A stretch of DNA of 64,000 bases from Escherichia coli (GTDB lineage: Bacteria; Pseudomonadota; Gammaproteobacteria; Enterobacterales; Enterobacteriaceae). The first letter of the stretch is position 1; each line of letters begins with the position of its first letter. The stretch is from the NCBI RefSeq assembly GCF_044647545.1, contig NZ_CP172818.1, one strand, 5' to 3'. Both the position numbers and the translations under genes were made by a program. Positions 1 through 11,440 of the stretch are shown in pieces. The notes beneath the pieces were generated by a model that was not told the DNA's origin, did not search any database, and saw only the letters and a list, made by a program, of their open reading frames with translations.

Positions 1-267
1 AAAGCGGTAGGTTTCCGGGAACAGATAGCCGGTATCGGTGAGGATCACTGGAATATCCGGGTGAATCTGATTCACCAGATGCAGGCTCACCGCCGCCTGA
101 ATGCCAAAGCTGGAAGAAAGTACATATTCACCAGGCAGATTATCCAGCGCCCAGGCAACGCGGCCTTCAGCGTCCAGTTTTTCCAGTTCGGCGTTAGTTT
201 CCGCCAGCGCCAGAATGCGATCTACCTTCGGCAGTTCGTTCAGGGCGTTTAGATCGAGTTTGGACAT
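1..267 (-). CDS. cysH: phosphoadenosine phosphosulfate (PAPS) reductase, 3' end beyond window
   Basis: Reverse-strand translation from the ATG at 265-267 gives [32 protein letters not shown]..., recognised as the CysH N-terminus; lies downstream of cysI on the same strand. Confidence 0.9.
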   Translation of the reverse strand, partial: MSKLDLNALNELPKVDRILALAETNAELEKLDAEGRVAWALDNLPGEYVLSSSFGIQAAVSLHLVNQIHPDIPVILTDTGYLFPETYRF

Positions 268-283
268 AGATTCCTCACTGTTT

Positions 284-323
284 GCCTTGCCTGATGCGAC
301 GCTCACGCGTCTTATTAGGCCTA
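284..323. repeat. REP (repetitive extragenic palindromic) element between cysI and cysH
   Basis: gccttgcctgatgcgacgctcacgcgtcttattaggcctac matches the REP consensus (GCCTGATGCGACGCT...CGTCTTATCAGGCCTAC). Confidence 0.7.
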
Positions 324-340
324 CAAGACCGGGCTGATGG

Positions 341-2053
341 TTAATCCCATAAATCGCGCGCCGGATCGAGCACCGGGCGAATGATGCCCGCACGCACCGT
401 AAAGTCGCCGAAGCCTTCACCCGCTTCGCGCTCTTTCGCCCAGCGCCCTATCAGTTCATCAAGCGACGCCAGGATTTCCGGCTCGGTGATGTTTTCTTTA
501 TACATCCGTGGGATACGTGTCCCAATGCGGTTGCCGCCAAGATGCAGGTTGTAGCGACCCGGCGCTTTCCCCACCAGGCCCACTTCCGCCAGCATCGCGC
601 GACCACAACCGTTCGGGCAGCCTGTTACACGCATCACGATATGCTCATCGCTGACACCATGTTTCGCCATTAAATTATCGATGTTGTCGATAAAAGACGG
701 CAGGAAACGCTCCGCTTCCGCCATCGCCAGCGGGCAAGTCGGGAATGACACGCAGGCCATTGAGTTTTCACGCTGCGGCGTGACGGCATTCATTAACCCG
801 CTTTCTTTGGCGATCTTCTCGATCTTCGCTTTCTCGCTTTCCGGCACGCCGGCGATGATCAGATTCTGGTTCGCCGTAATGCGGAAATCACCTTTGTGGA
901 TCTTCGCGATCTCCAGCAGGCCAGTTTTCAGCGGACGCCCCGGATAATCAAGGATGCGACCATTTTCGATAAATAGCGTCAGGTGCCAGTTATCATCAAT
1001 GCCCTTAACCCAACCAATACGATCGCCGCGTCCGGTGAACTCATACGGACGGATCGGTTCAAATTTGATCCCCGCGCGACGCTCCACTTCCGCTTTAAAC
1101 GTCTCAACCCCCACGCGCTCCAGCGTGTATTTGGTTTTGGCATTTTTACGATCGGTTCGGTTACCCCAGTCACGCTGAGTTGTCACGACGGCTTCCGCCA
1201 CCGCCAGCGTATGCTCCAGCGGCAGATAGCCAAACTCACTCGCCGTGCGGGCGTAGGTTTTCTTGTTGCCGTGTTCGATAGAAAGCCCACCCCCCACCAG
1301 CAGGTTAAAGCCCACCAGCTTGCCGTTTTCGGCGATTGCCACGAAGTTCATGTCGTTGGCATGCAGATCGATATCGTTCTGCGGCGGGATCACTACCGTG
1401 GTTTTGAATTTACGCGGCAAATAAGTCTGACCGAGGATCGGTTCTTCATCGGTGGTGGCGACTTTTTCCTGATCGAGCCAGATCTCCGCATACGCGCGGG
1501 TACGCGGCAGCAGATGTTCAGATATTTTCTTAGCCCATTCATAGGCTTCCGCGTGCAGCTGCGACTCGTAAGGGTTCGAGGTGCAGAGTACGTTACGGTT
1601 CATGTCGTTAGCAGTCGCCAGCGCATCAAGACCGACCGAGTGCAGCATCTGGTGCACCGGTTTGACGTTCTTTTTCAGAATGCCGTGGAACTGAAACGTC
1701 TGGCGGTTGGTCAGGCGAATGCTGCCATAGATGGTGTTTTCACCGGCAAATTTATCGATCGCCTGCCACTGTTTGGTGGTAATCACCCCACCCGGCAGAC
1801 GACAGCGCAACAGCATCGCGTGGCGCGGCTCCAGCTTCTGTTCAGCACGTTCGGCGCGGATGTCGCGGTCATCCTGCTGATACATGCCGTGGAAGCGGAT
1901 CAGCAGGAAGTTGTCGCCCTTAAAGCCGCCGGTCAGACCGTCGTTTAAATCTTCCGCAATGGTGCCGCGCAGGTAGTTGCTTTCAAGCTTCATGCGCTCG
2001 GCGTCTGTCAGTTTTCCTTCGACCACTAAAGGCCCTGGATGTTTTTCGCTCAT
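341..2053 (-). CDS. cysI: sulfite reductase hemoprotein beta subunit
   Basis: 570-aa ORF; sequence recognised as CysI; stop overlaps the cysJ stop/start junction. Confidence 0.95.
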   Translation of the reverse strand: MSEKHPGPLVVEGKLTDAERMKLESNYLRGTIAEDLNDGLTGGFKGDNFLLIRFHGMYQQDDRDIRAERAEQKLEPRHAMLLRCRLPGGVITTKQWQAIDKFAGENTIYGSIRLTNRQTFQFHGILKKNVKPVHQMLHSVGLDALATANDMNRNVLCTSNPYESQLHAEAYEWAKKISEHLLPRTRAYAEIWLDQEKVATTDEEPILGQTYLPRKFKTTVVIPPQNDIDLHANDMNFVAIAENGKLVGFNLLVGGGLSIEHGNKKTYARTASEFGYLPLEHTLAVAEAVVTTQRDWGNRTDRKNAKTKYTLERVGVETFKAEVERRAGIKFEPIRPYEFTGRGDRIGWVKGIDDNWHLTLFIENGRILDYPGRPLKTGLLEIAKIHKGDFRITANQNLIIAGVPESEKAKIEKIAKESGLMNAVTPQRENSMACVSFPTCPLAMAEAERFLPSFIDNIDNLMAKHGVSDEHIVMRVTGCPNGCGRAMLAEVGLVGKAPGRYNLHLGGNRIGTRIPRMYKENITEPEILASLDELIGRWAKEREAGEGFGDFTVRAGIIRPVLDPARDLWD

Positions 2054-3852
2054 TAGTAGACATCTCGCTGATAACGGCGCTCTACGCGCAGCTCACTTAA
2101 AAATTCATCCGCCGCTTCGGTGTCCATGCCACCAAATTCGGCAATCACTTCCAGAAGTGCCTGTTCAACGTCTTTCGCCATGCGATTAGCGTCGCCGCAG
2201 ACATAAATGTGGGCACCGTCATTGATCCAGCGCCACAGCTCTGCGCCCTGTTCGCGCAGTTTGTCTTGTACATAAACTTTTTCTTTTTGGTCGCGCGACC
2301 AGGCAAGATCGATACGCGTCAGCACGCCCTCTTTGACGTAGCGCTGCCATTCCACCTGGTAGAGGAAATCTTCCGTAAAGTGCGGGTTGCCAAAGAACAA
2401 CCAGTTTTTCCCCGGCGCTTCGTCGGCGGCGCGTTGCTGCATAAAGGCGCGGAACGGCGCGATGCCGGTGCCTGGGCCAATCATAATGACCGGCGTTTCC
2501 GGGTTCGCCGGCAGACGGAAGTTGTCGTTGTGCTCGATAAAGACGCGAACTTCGCCCTCCTCTTCGACACGGTCAGCCAGGAAGCTGGATGCACCGCCCG
2601 CGCGAGCACGGCCTTCGATGTCATAACGCACCACACCCACGGTCACGTGGACTTCGCTTTCCACTTCCGCCTGCGAAGAGGCGATAGAGTAAAGACGCGG
2701 CGTCAGTGGACGTAACAGGCCAACCAGCGCTTCTGCATCCAGCTGTGCTGGCGCGAAACGCACCATATCAACAATCGGCGTGGTGGCCGCATAGTGCTGC
2801 AACTTCGCTTTATCGCCCACTAACGGCAGCAAGGATTCGCTGCGCGTCAAGGTGGCGTAATTCTCAACGATGTTGGCCGTGTTGACGGTCAGTTCAAAAT
2901 GCCACTGTAGCGCCTCATTCAGCGGCAGGGTTTTGCCCTCAACGGTGACAGGTTCATCACCTTTCAGCCACAGCAGTTCGACAAGTTCTTTCACCAGTGC
3001 CGGATCGTTCTGATACCAGACGCCCAGCGCGTCACCCGGCTGGTAACGCAGGCCCGAGTCACCTAAGTCAATTTCGATATGGCGAACGTCTTTTTCAGAG
3101 TTACGCCCGGTAATTTTCTGGTTAACAGAGAGGCTCGCCACCAGCGGCGCGTCTTTGCTGTACGGGCTGGTGTGGATTTCATTTACCGCGCCAGTAGCGA
3201 CGGATTGCGAAGGTGCCGCGACAGGCGCACGCGATTTAAGCGCATCAACCACGCGGGCGCGCCACTCGCTGGCAGCGGCCTGATATTCAACGTCGGCATC
3301 GACACGGTCGAGCAGGCGTTCACCGCCCTGTTCCGCCAGCTTGCTGTCAAAATCTTTCCCGGACTGGCAGAAAAATTCATAAGAGCTATCGCCGAGGCTA
3401 AACACGGCAAATGCGGTGTTTTCCAGCTTCGGCGCTTTTTTGGAGAACAGGAACTTATGCAGCGCGACGGCTTCTTCCGGCGGTTCCCCTTCCCCTTGCG
3501 TTGACGTCACCACGATGAGCAGTTTTTCGCTGGCGATTTGTTTGAATTTATAGTCGCCCGCGTTCACCAGCTTAACGTTCAGTTTTGCCGCCAATAAATC
3601 ATCGCGTAATGCTTCAGCAACCCGGCGCGCATTGCCGGTTTGCGAGGCGGAGATAATAGTTATACCCGGCATTTCTGCGGCGGGCGCTGGCGTCGCTGCA
3701 AGCGCAGCAGGCTGCTGGTTGAGCACGCCCCAGAAATAGCCAGAAACCCAGGCAAGCTGGGTAGGAGTTAAATCGGTCGTGGCCGCCTGAAGGCGTGCCA
3801 GTTGCTCCGGGTTCAACGGAAGCAACGCGGAAGGTGGGACCTGTGTCGTCAT
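2053..3852 (-). CDS. cysJ: sulfite reductase flavoprotein alpha subunit
   Basis: 599-aa ORF with flavodoxin-like and FAD/NADPH-binding regions; immediately upstream of cysI on the same strand. Confidence 0.95.
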   Translation of the reverse strand: MTTQVPPSALLPLNPEQLARLQAATTDLTPTQLAWVSGYFWGVLNQQPAALAATPAPAAEMPGITIISASQTGNARRVAEALRDDLLAAKLNVKLVNAGDYKFKQIASEKLLIVVTSTQGEGEPPEEAVALHKFLFSKKAPKLENTAFAVFSLGDSSYEFFCQSGKDFDSKLAEQGGERLLDRVDADVEYQAAASEWRARVVDALKSRAPVAAPSQSVATGAVNEIHTSPYSKDAPLVASLSVNQKITGRNSEKDVRHIEIDLGDSGLRYQPGDALGVWYQNDPALVKELVELLWLKGDEPVTVEGKTLPLNEALQWHFELTVNTANIVENYATLTRSESLLPLVGDKAKLQHYAATTPIVDMVRFAPAQLDAEALVGLLRPLTPRLYSIASSQAEVESEVHVTVGVVRYDIEGRARAGGASSFLADRVEEEGEVRVFIEHNDNFRLPANPETPVIMIGPGTGIAPFRAFMQQRAADEAPGKNWLFFGNPHFTEDFLYQVEWQRYVKEGVLTRIDLAWSRDQKEKVYVQDKLREQGAELWRWINDGAHIYVCGDANRMAKDVEQALLEVIAEFGGMDTEAADEFLSELRVERRYQRDVY

Positions 3853-4167
3853 GCGTCGTTATGTTCCAGTAAGCAAAGCTGTTTCTGCGCCCTGTCAGCG
3901 CCCATAAAACAGAAGAGAAGGTAAGGTTAACGGGGTGAACGGTGTGGATTAAAGACGGGATAGCGATAACTAATAACCAAATCGACTAACCTGTTTTAGC
4001 AATAGTCTTTAACAACAAAATAGATTAACCAACCCAATGAAAAACAAATGAATATTGCCCATCAATAAGATAAATCAGCGATTTTGCGCAACAAAGTCGT
4101 TTTAGATAATGCGAAAAAACAGCCTTTCCGGTACTCTACGGCGGTTTTATCGTCATGTAGAGAAATT

Positions 4168-4533
4168 ATGATGTCCACCACGTTATTTAAAGATTTCACC
4201 TTCGAAGCCGCTCACCGCTTGCCGCACGTCCCACAAGGGCATAAATGTGGTCGCCTGCACGGGCATTCCTTTATGGTGCGACTGGAAATTACCGGGGAAG
4301 TCGATCCGCATACGGGCTGGATTATCGATTTCGCTGAACTGAAAGCGGCGTTTAAGCCAACCTACGAGCGCCTCGATCACCATTATCTCAATGATATTCC
4401 AGGTCTGGAAAACCCAACCAGCGAGGTTTTAGCAAAATGGATTTGGGATCAGGTTAAACCGGTTGTTCCGCTGTTAAGTGCGGTTATGGTGAAAGAAACC
4501 TGCACCGCAGGTTGCATCTATCGCGGCGAATGA
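4168..4533 (+). CDS. queD: 6-carboxy-5,6,7,8-tetrahydropterin synthase
   Basis: ORF track 4084-4533; the known protein begins [18 protein letters not shown] at the ATG at 4168 (121 aa); the CxxxHGH motif is present. Confidence 0.85.
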   Translation: MMSTTLFKDFTFEAAHRLPHVPQGHKCGRLHGHSFMVRLEITGEVDPHTGWIIDFAELKAAFKPTYERLDHHYLNDIPGLENPTSEVLAKWIWDQVKPVVPLLSAVMVKETCTAGCIYRGE

Positions 4534-4610
4534 TAAGAGTGTGTCGGCGGTCAATTTCCCTTAAGTAACGCTATGTTAGGGTGTTGTGTTCTGGATATTT
4601 GGGGCATGAC

Positions 4611-5882
4611 ATGGAAGACGACTGCGACATTATTATTATTGGTGCCGGTATTGCAGGCACCGCTTGCGCGTTACGCTGCGCGCGAGCGGGTTTATCCGTT
4701 TTGTTACTGGAACGCGCTGAAATCCCCGGCAGCAAAAATCTTTCCGGCGGGCGTTTATATACCCAGGCGCTCGCGGAACTCCTCCCACAATTTCATCTGA
4801 CCGCGCCTCTTGAACGACGCATCACTCACGAAAGCCTTTCCCTGTTAACGCCGGATGGCGCAACGACGTTTTCCAGCTTACAGCCCGGCGGTGAATCCTG
4901 GAGTGTATTACGTGCACGGTTCGATCCGTGGCTGGTTGCCGAAGCCGAAAAAGAAGGTGTCGAATGCATCCCCGGTGCGACGGTGGATGCGTTGTATGAA
5001 GAAAACGGCAGGGTGTGTGGTGTCATTTGTGGTGACGATATTCTCCGCGCCTGTTATGTGGTGCTGGCAGAAGGTGCCAACAGCGTCCTGGCTGAACGTC
5101 ACGGGTTAGTGACTCGTCCTGCTGGCGAAGCGATGGCGTTGGGGATCAAAGAAGTGCTGTCGCTGGAAACATCCGCTATTGAAGAACGTTTTCATCTGGA
5201 GAATAACGAAGGCGCAGCGTTGCTGTTCAGCGGCGGGATCTGTGATGACTTACCCGGCGGCGCATTTCTTTATACTAATCAACAAACGCTCTCGTTAGGG
5301 ATTGTTTGCCCGCTCTCTTCCCTTACGCAAAGTCGTGTTCCGGCAAGCGAGCTGCTGGCTCGCTTTAAAACGCATCCGGCAGTGCGCCCGCTTATCAAAA
5401 ACACGGAATCACTGGAGTATGGTGCGCATCTGGTGCCAGAAGGTGGCTTGCACAGTATGCCGGTGCAATACGCCGGTAACGGCTGGCTGCTGCTGGGCGA
5501 TGCGTTGCGCAGTTGCGTCAATACCGGAATTTCCGTGCGCGGCATGGATATGGCGCTAACTGGCGCGCAGGCGGCGGCACAAACGCTGATAAGCGCCTGC
5601 CAGCACCGCGAGCCGCAAAATCTGTTTGCGCTTTATCATCACAACGTAGAGCGCAGCCTGCTGTGGGATGTTCTACAACGTTATCAGCATGTTCCGGCGC
5701 TTTTGCAACGCCCTGGCTGGTATCGGGCGTGGCCTGCGTTAATGCAGGATATTTCCCGCGATTTATGGGATCAGGGTGATAAACCTGTTCCACCGCTGCG
5801 CCAGTTATTCTGGCGTCATTTACGTCGTCACGGCCTGTGGCATCTGGCGGGCGATGTTATCAGGAGTCTGCGATGTCTGTAG
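4611..5882 (+). CDS. ygcN: FAD-dependent oxidoreductase, FixC-like electron-transfer flavoprotein-quinone oxidoreductase
   Basis: ORF track 4581-5882 (alternative start); ATG at 4611 gives MEDDCDIIIIGAGIAGTACA with a Rossmann GxGxxG FAD-binding N-terminus. Confidence 0.85.
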   Translation: MEDDCDIIIIGAGIAGTACALRCARAGLSVLLLERAEIPGSKNLSGGRLYTQALAELLPQFHLTAPLERRITHESLSLLTPDGATTFSSLQPGGESWSVLRARFDPWLVAEAEKEGVECIPGATVDALYEENGRVCGVICGDDILRACYVVLAEGANSVLAERHGLVTRPAGEAMALGIKEVLSLETSAIEERFHLENNEGAALLFSGGICDDLPGGAFLYTNQQTLSLGIVCPLSSLTQSRVPASELLARFKTHPAVRPLIKNTESLEYGAHLVPEGGLHSMPVQYAGNGWLLLGDALRSCVNTGISVRGMDMALTGAQAAAQTLISACQHREPQNLFALYHHNVERSLLWDVLQRYQHVPALLQRPGWYRAWPALMQDISRDLWDQGDKPVPPLRQLFWRHLRRHGLWHLAGDVIRSLRCL

Positions 5883-6133
5883 CCCGTAATCTCTGGCGCG
5901 TTGCCGATGCGCCGCACATTGTTCCGGCTGACTCCGTTGAGCGTCAGACGGTACAATGGTTGATTAACGCTTGTCCGGCTGGTCTTTTTTCGCTCACACC
6001 AGAAGGTGACTTACGTATTGACTATCGCAGTTGCCTGGAGTGTGGCACCTGCCGTTTGCTGTGCGACGAAAAAACACTACAACAGTGGCGCTATCCACCT
6101 TCCGGATTCGGCATCACCTACCGTTTTGGATAA
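5873..6133 (+). CDS. ygcO: ferredoxin-like protein (FixX-like)
   Basis: ATG at 5873 gives MSVARNLWRV...CLECGTCRLLCDE with a cysteine cluster; overlaps the ygcN 3' end as in fixCX pairs. Confidence 0.8.
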   Translation: MSVARNLWRVADAPHIVPADSVERQTVQWLINACPAGLFSLTPEGDLRIDYRSCLECGTCRLLCDEKTLQQWRYPPSGFGITYRFG

Positions 6134-6149
6134 ATAATAAGGATAATTT

Positions 6150-6725
6150 ATGCCCCTCTTACACCTGCTCCGCCAGAATCCGGTGATTGCTGCCGTTAAA
6201 GATAATGCCAGCCTGCAACTGGCAATCGACTCTGAATGCCAGTTTATTTCCGTGTTGTACGGCAATATCTGCACCATCAGTCATATCGTCAAAAAGATTA
6301 AAAGTGCCGGGAAATATGCCTTTATTCATGTCGATTTGCTGGAAGGCGCATCGAACAAAGAAGTGGTGATTCAGTTTCTGAAACTGGTGACCGAGGCGGA
6401 CGGCATTATCAGCACGAAAGCATCGATGCTGAAAGCAGCAAGAGCGGAAGGTTTTTTCTGTATTCATCGCCTGTTTATTGTTGATTCGATTTCGTTTCAC
6501 AACATTGATAAGCAAGTTGCGCAATCGAATCCGGATTGTATTGAGATCCTGCCTGGCTGTATGCCCAAAGTGCTGGGCTGGGTGACGGAGAAAATCCGCC
6601 AACCGCTGATTGCTGGCGGGCTGGTGTGCGATGAAGAAGATGCGCGTAATGCGATTAACGCAGGTGTCGTGGCGCTTTCCACCACGAATACCGGGGTCTG
6701 GACGCTAGCGAAAAAATTGCTTTGA
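6150..6725 (+). CDS. ygcP: GlpP-like glycerol-3-phosphate-responsive antiterminator family protein
   Basis: 191-aa ORF; protein recognised as YgcP (GlpP family). Confidence 0.8.
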   Translation: MPLLHLLRQNPVIAAVKDNASLQLAIDSECQFISVLYGNICTISHIVKKIKSAGKYAFIHVDLLEGASNKEVVIQFLKLVTEADGIISTKASMLKAARAEGFFCIHRLFIVDSISFHNIDKQVAQSNPDCIEILPGCMPKVLGWVTEKIRQPLIAGGLVCDEEDARNAINAGVVALSTTNTGVWTLAKKLL

Positions 6726-6764
6726 CGGGATAATCGTAACGAATTGAATTTGTGTGATTTGTAG

Positions 6765-6830
6765 GCTGTACGCCACATCGGACATTCAGCGCCTGATGCG
6801 ACGCTTGACGCGTCTTATCAGGCCTACAAG
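6765..6830. repeat. REP element between ygcP and ygcQ
   Basis: gcctgatgcgacgcttgacgcgtcttatcaggcctac at 6791-6827 is a near-perfect REP consensus. Confidence 0.75.
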
Positions 6831-6871
6831 TCCCCAGGCCAGAACCGTAGGCAGGATCATCCAGCAACACG

Positions 6872-7732
6872 TTATTGGCAATCTGCGTGAATGTTTGTCA
6901 CCATTGCCTCCAGCACCACTTTCCAGTCATCAACCACGCCAACATCTGCCTGTGAAAATACCGCTGCGCTGGCGTCATGATTAATCGCCACCACAAACTT
7001 GCTATTGCATACGCCCGCCATTAACGCTGCTGCGCCAGAAGCGCCAACAACAATACACACCTCAGGTGCCAGCAGATGTCCGGAAATACCAATCACTTTT
7101 TCAGCATCAACGCCACCGTTCATCACTCGCGCCCGACTGTAGCCCACTTCGGCTCCCAGCTTTTCTGCCAGCATAGCGATTTCCTGGTTATCTGCCTCTC
7201 CGCCCTGCCCCACCACCAGCACCCGTCTGGCTTCAGCTAATGGGTCGCGGGTAACATTTTTCAGGTTTTCTAGGCTAACCAGCCAGTCGGGAAGCGCGCC
7301 GGGGACAATGTTCAGTTGCTGCATCCCAGAGGGCAACGTGGCGTTTTTATCTGCTCCCGCCTGACGCGCCAGCGAAAGGCATAGCGGGCGTTTGTCTGTT
7401 TGCAGCGTCGCCGTCAACGCATTTCCCCAGTGGGATTTGCGCACGCTTACGGTTGGAATATCTAACGAAGTCACCTGGCAGATGCTTGCACCATGTAAAC
7501 GCCAGGCCAGCCGGGTCGACAGTTCATCGCCAAACGTTCCCGGCGGAAAGAGAACAACGTCCGCAGGCGTTCGCTGCCACTGTTCCACCAACGCATCCAG
7601 CACCTGTTCCGCCACTACGGGCTGAGGTTCAATCTGCCAGTGCGCCAGGGTACAACCGCTGAAATCCTGCGCCGCCAGCCAGCTCGCTATTGCGGCATTC
7701 TCCTGATTTATTGTCACAATTGCGATATTCAT
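6872..7732 (-). CDS. ygcQ: electron transfer flavoprotein alpha subunit-like (FixB-like)
   Basis: ORF track 6872-7765; likely start at MNIAIVTINQENAAIASWL (286 aa). Confidence 0.8.
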   Translation of the reverse strand: MNIAIVTINQENAAIASWLAAQDFSGCTLAHWQIEPQPVVAEQVLDALVEQWQRTPADVVLFPPGTFGDELSTRLAWRLHGASICQVTSLDIPTVSVRKSHWGNALTATLQTDKRPLCLSLARQAGADKNATLPSGMQQLNIVPGALPDWLVSLENLKNVTRDPLAEARRVLVVGQGGEADNQEIAMLAEKLGAEVGYSRARVMNGGVDAEKVIGISGHLLAPEVCIVVGASGAAALMAGVCNSKFVVAINHDASAAVFSQADVGVVDDWKVVLEAMVTNIHADCQ

Positions 7733-8508
7733 GGCTGCATCCTTTGGCGTAAATAGTTCTGCCATAGCTTTTGCGCTTTTTCTGCTACCGTTTGCCCATC
7801 AATCAGCGTCGCTCCGCGTCGTTGCTCTGCTCTTGCCAGATGCAGACACTGCATCGCTGGCAATTCGACAGCAACAGTTTTACGGATAATTGCTGCTTTC
7901 CCCGCAGCCATTCGCTGGCGCATTCCCGGTACTGGCAAGGCCACTTCACCACACTGGCGCACGGCAATCACCGCAGGCAAGCGAACCCGGCAACAGCGCA
8001 GCCCGTTTTCAGTACGCTGTTCAAGGGTGATAAACGGCGCGTCGAGAGTAAAACGCTCCACCTGGGTGAAGCAGGGCCAGCCCAGCATTTCCGCCAGCAA
8101 AAATGGCGTTTGCCCATTCTGCCCTTCGCTGCTTTGGCAGCCGGTAATGATCAGATCCAGCGGATTCTGACGCTGCCATTCGGCAATATGGCGAGCGACA
8201 AATTCCGGCGCAAAGCGCAGATCTGCCACCGTCTCCAGCAATACAGCGTCCTCAAACCCAAGAGCCATGAGATAGCGCAGCCAGTGCAACGCCCGTTCAT
8301 CCCCCATGCTCAACGCGGTTAAAGACATCGGCGTACCGTTTTTTCTCTGCGCCAACAGCAGCGCGGCGGCAGCCTGTTCATCAGCACCGAGTAAACTTCG
8401 CAGTAGCGAAACATCTGGTCCAATATTACCCTGAGCCGCCGCCTGCCACTCTTTTTCCGCCAGCATTCCGGCATCCGGTTCGGCTTTAAACGCTAACAGA
8501 ATGTTCAT
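7729..8508 (-). CDS. ygcR: electron transfer flavoprotein beta subunit-like (FixA-like)
   Basis: ORF track 7729-8514; begins MNILLAFKAEPDAGM; overlaps the ygcQ start. Confidence 0.8.
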   Translation of the reverse strand: MNILLAFKAEPDAGMLAEKEWQAAAQGNIGPDVSLLRSLLGADEQAAAALLLAQRKNGTPMSLTALSMGDERALHWLRYLMALGFEDAVLLETVADLRFAPEFVARHIAEWQRQNPLDLIITGCQSSEGQNGQTPFLLAEMLGWPCFTQVERFTLDAPFITLEQRTENGLRCCRVRLPAVIAVRQCGEVALPVPGMRQRMAAGKAAIIRKTVAVELPAMQCLHLARAEQRRGATLIDGQTVAEKAQKLWQNYLRQRMQP

Positions 8509-9823
8509 TCGCACCTCCTACATTTCCCGCCGCCACCAGCGGGAGTGCTTTGGTTTCTGGTGCCCATAGCCAGGTCACAACAAAACCAACCAACAACACT
8601 GCCGCCAGGAGCAATAAGGTGGCTTGCATTCCCCACTGCGCCAGCACCCACGGCAGCAGGCCAGTACTTACCGCCGCCCCCAACCGACTCATGGCGGTGG
8701 CAAAACCGACGCCCAGCGAGCGAATGTCAGTAGGAAAACTTTCCGCAGGCAAAATGCCCACCAGATTACTGACTGCCGAAATGGTGGTGCTGAAGAGAAC
8801 AAAAAGCAGCAGCGTTAATGAACTGCCGGAAGGCAAACAGGCCATCACTACCAGCGTTGCCGCCAGCAGCAAAAAACTTCCCAGCAAAAACTTGCGATGT
8901 GCCAGCAGGTGCGTCAGAACTAATCCCAGCAGCGCGCCCACAATTAACAACGCATTAAGCATCAGGCTGGCGGTCAGCGCATCCTCCAGACCAATAGTCT
9001 GGGCGATGGTCGGCAGCCAGGTATAAATCACAAACCATGGGATTACGAGGCAGACAAAGAAGACGCTGTTAAACGCCGTGCGTCGCCAGTAGCGCGAAGA
9101 AAACAAGGTTTTGATGTGTTTATGGGTCGCCGCTGCCACTTCATCGCCCAGTAAAACATGTGGCCCCAAATAGCGATGCACAATAGCGTGAGCTTCAGCA
9201 AAACGTCCCTGGCGCAGTAGCCAGCGTGGCGATTCCGGCGTGCCCCAACGTAGCAGCGTAATCAGCAAGGCTGGTAACGCCGCTGATGCCAGCAGCCAGC
9301 GCCAGGCCTCCGGGTTTTCGGAAATAAAGTGATGTCCGGCAATACTTGCCAACACATAGCCTACGGTCCACACCACGCTGAATGCGCCCAGTAAAATACC
9401 GCGATGGCGGCGCGGGGAAAATTCAGCCAGCAAGGTGTGACCGACTGAGTAATCGCCTCCCAGACCAATGCCGATCAAAATGCGCAGCCCAATAAGATGC
9501 TCTGGCGTGGTGGCAAAAAATTGCAAGAACGAAGCGAGCGTAATCAGCAAAAAGCTGAAGGTGAAGATTTTTTGCCGACCAATATGGTCGGAGATCCATC
9601 CAAGAACCAGGCTGCCAAGAAACAAACCAAGGAGTGCTGAGCCGCCAATCATTCCCGCCATAAACGGCGTCAGTTGCATGGCTGGAGTAAGCTGAATAAT
9701 GGCGTAACCAATGACGCCGAGGACATAACCGTCGGTCAGGTGCGCACCGAAAGTGAGCGCAGCAATGCGGCAGTGAAAACGGTTAAGTGGTAAATCATCC
9801 ATTCGCACCGGTGAAGTGTTCAT
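8486..9823 (-). CDS. ygcS: MFS transporter (sugar-porter-like)
   Basis: ORF track 8486-9913; likely start at MNTSPVRMDDLPLNRF (ATG at 9823; the long form is an alternative); multiple hydrophobic TM segments. Confidence 0.8.
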   Translation of the reverse strand: MNTSPVRMDDLPLNRFHCRIAALTFGAHLTDGYVLGVIGYAIIQLTPAMQLTPFMAGMIGGSALLGLFLGSLVLGWISDHIGRQKIFTFSFLLITLASFLQFFATTPEHLIGLRILIGIGLGGDYSVGHTLLAEFSPRRHRGILLGAFSVVWTVGYVLASIAGHHFISENPEAWRWLLASAALPALLITLLRWGTPESPRWLLRQGRFAEAHAIVHRYLGPHVLLGDEVAAATHKHIKTLFSSRYWRRTAFNSVFFVCLVIPWFVIYTWLPTIAQTIGLEDALTASLMLNALLIVGALLGLVLTHLLAHRKFLLGSFLLLAATLVVMACLPSGSSLTLLLFVLFSTTISAVSNLVGILPAESFPTDIRSLGVGFATAMSRLGAAVSTGLLPWVLAQWGMQATLLLLAAVLLVGFVVTWLWAPETKALPLVAAGNVGGANEHSVSV

Positions 9824-9916
9824 CTTTACCCCTTCATTGTCCGGTAATAAGAACGGCTTCTCGCCTGAGAAGCCGAAAAGGCAACGCCCCGTCATCGCGG
9901 AACGCTGCCTCACACA

Positions 9917-11371
9917 TTATTTTTCAATCGGATAGATAGTACCCGTATTCATAATGCCGTTAGGATCGAACTGTTTTTTCAGCCCTTCCAGCAACGTCCA
10001 CGCGCTGCCGTGTTCCAGTTTGCTCCAGTGAACGCGATGTTTACCAATACCGTGGTGGTGCACCATCGAACCGCCGAGACGAATGGTTTCTTCGCAGATG
10101 ATTTTGTTGAGCGGATTGTGGTACTTGTCGATTTCCTCTTCCGGCTTACAGTCAACGACGTTGTAGTCGTAGACGAAGTACATGTTGGTACCGTTCTGAT
10201 AGCTATGAGAGGAGTGACCGCCCAGCATGGTGATGTCGTCGGCGTGCGGGAACTCGGTACGAATACGGTTAATAACGCTTTCGTAGATTTCGTGGATGCA
10301 GCTCCAGCAGCCGGACACTTCGGTGGTAAAGCCCATGTTGCCGGTTTTGAGGATCTGCACACGTTCAGCGGCCACTTTATCCGGCCCCCAGTTCAGGTGA
10401 TTAAACCAGGTTTCGATCAGCTTGCTGTCCACGCGCTGGCATTGCGGGTAACGTGCCACGATTTCAGCAATCCCTTCGCCCGTCGCCTTCGCAATGCGAG
10501 GGTTACCTTCAGCCATAAAGATCAGCACGCATTTACCATCGGCAAAATGGGTGAAGTGTTGGGTGCCATCTTCAACGTCATATAAACGAGCGATCGACGG
10601 ACGATACCCTTCCACCATGATTTCACGCAGGATGTTGAAGCCGGTTTTCATATCTTCCAGGATATAGCCGTAGAAGAGGTTGTTTTCCGGGGTGAATTTA
10701 AAGATTTTCACTGTTACTTCAGTGATATAGCACAGTGCACCTTCGTTGCCGATGATGATGTGACGAATGTCCGGGCCAGCCGCGCGGCGTGGCACGTTTT
10801 TAATACGTGTGACGGTACCATCTGCCAGTACCGCTTCCAGACCAACGACCATATCTTCGATTGCGCCGTAGAGTGTGGAGAACTGCCCGATACTGCGGGT
10901 TGCTACCAGGCCGCCCATCTGCGCCAGCGGTTTTGATTGCGGTGAATGCCCCGTGGTGTAACCTTTTTCACGCAACGCGTTTTCCAGCACCTCCAGCGGA
11001 ACGCCACATTGCGCCGTGGCCTGCATATTCTCAATATCAATATTAATGATTTGATTCATGGCAGAGCCGTCGAGCACCACCGAGTTTTCCACAACGGTTT
11101 CCAGCCCGCCTTCAGTGGCGGAAGCACCGGTACGCGGCACACCGTTAATTTTGTGCGCATTCATAAAATTCAGCACACGGGACACTTGTTCTGTGGAACC
11201 GAGTTTTACGACCGCTGCCGGAATCGGCAAAGTATAAATGCCATGAATATCCGGAAATTTGCGAAAACGGTCAATACTGTTTTTCTTTAATACTGTTTCA
11301 TCGGTAATTACGCGATCTGCACCAACAATTTCCTTTAGCTGGTCGACAATCGCTGCGCGAGATAAAGACAT
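9917..11371 (-). CDS. ygcU: FAD-linked oxidase (GlcD / alkyl-DHAP-synthase-like)
   Basis: 484-aa ORF; FAD-binding PCMH-type N-terminal region; recognised as YgcU. Confidence 0.85.
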   Translation of the reverse strand: MSLSRAAIVDQLKEIVGADRVITDETVLKKNSIDRFRKFPDIHGIYTLPIPAAVVKLGSTEQVSRVLNFMNAHKINGVPRTGASATEGGLETVVENSVVLDGSAMNQIINIDIENMQATAQCGVPLEVLENALREKGYTTGHSPQSKPLAQMGGLVATRSIGQFSTLYGAIEDMVVGLEAVLADGTVTRIKNVPRRAAGPDIRHIIIGNEGALCYITEVTVKIFKFTPENNLFYGYILEDMKTGFNILREIMVEGYRPSIARLYDVEDGTQHFTHFADGKCVLIFMAEGNPRIAKATGEGIAEIVARYPQCQRVDSKLIETWFNHLNWGPDKVAAERVQILKTGNMGFTTEVSGCWSCIHEIYESVINRIRTEFPHADDITMLGGHSSHSYQNGTNMYFVYDYNVVDCKPEEEIDKYHNPLNKIICEETIRLGGSMVHHHGIGKHRVHWSKLEHGSAWTLLEGLKKQFDPNGIMNTGTIYPIEK

Positions 11372-11440
11372 AGTAATTCCTTCCTGATAATAAAAATGGA
11401 ATAATCATTAATAAGAGAAAACAGAAACCACCGTTATGGA

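Noticed and set aside
983-1948. 321-aa + strand ORF antisense to cysI
   Set aside because: Lies entirely within and opposite the well-supported cysI; a typical antisense shadow ORF in GC-rich coding DNA.
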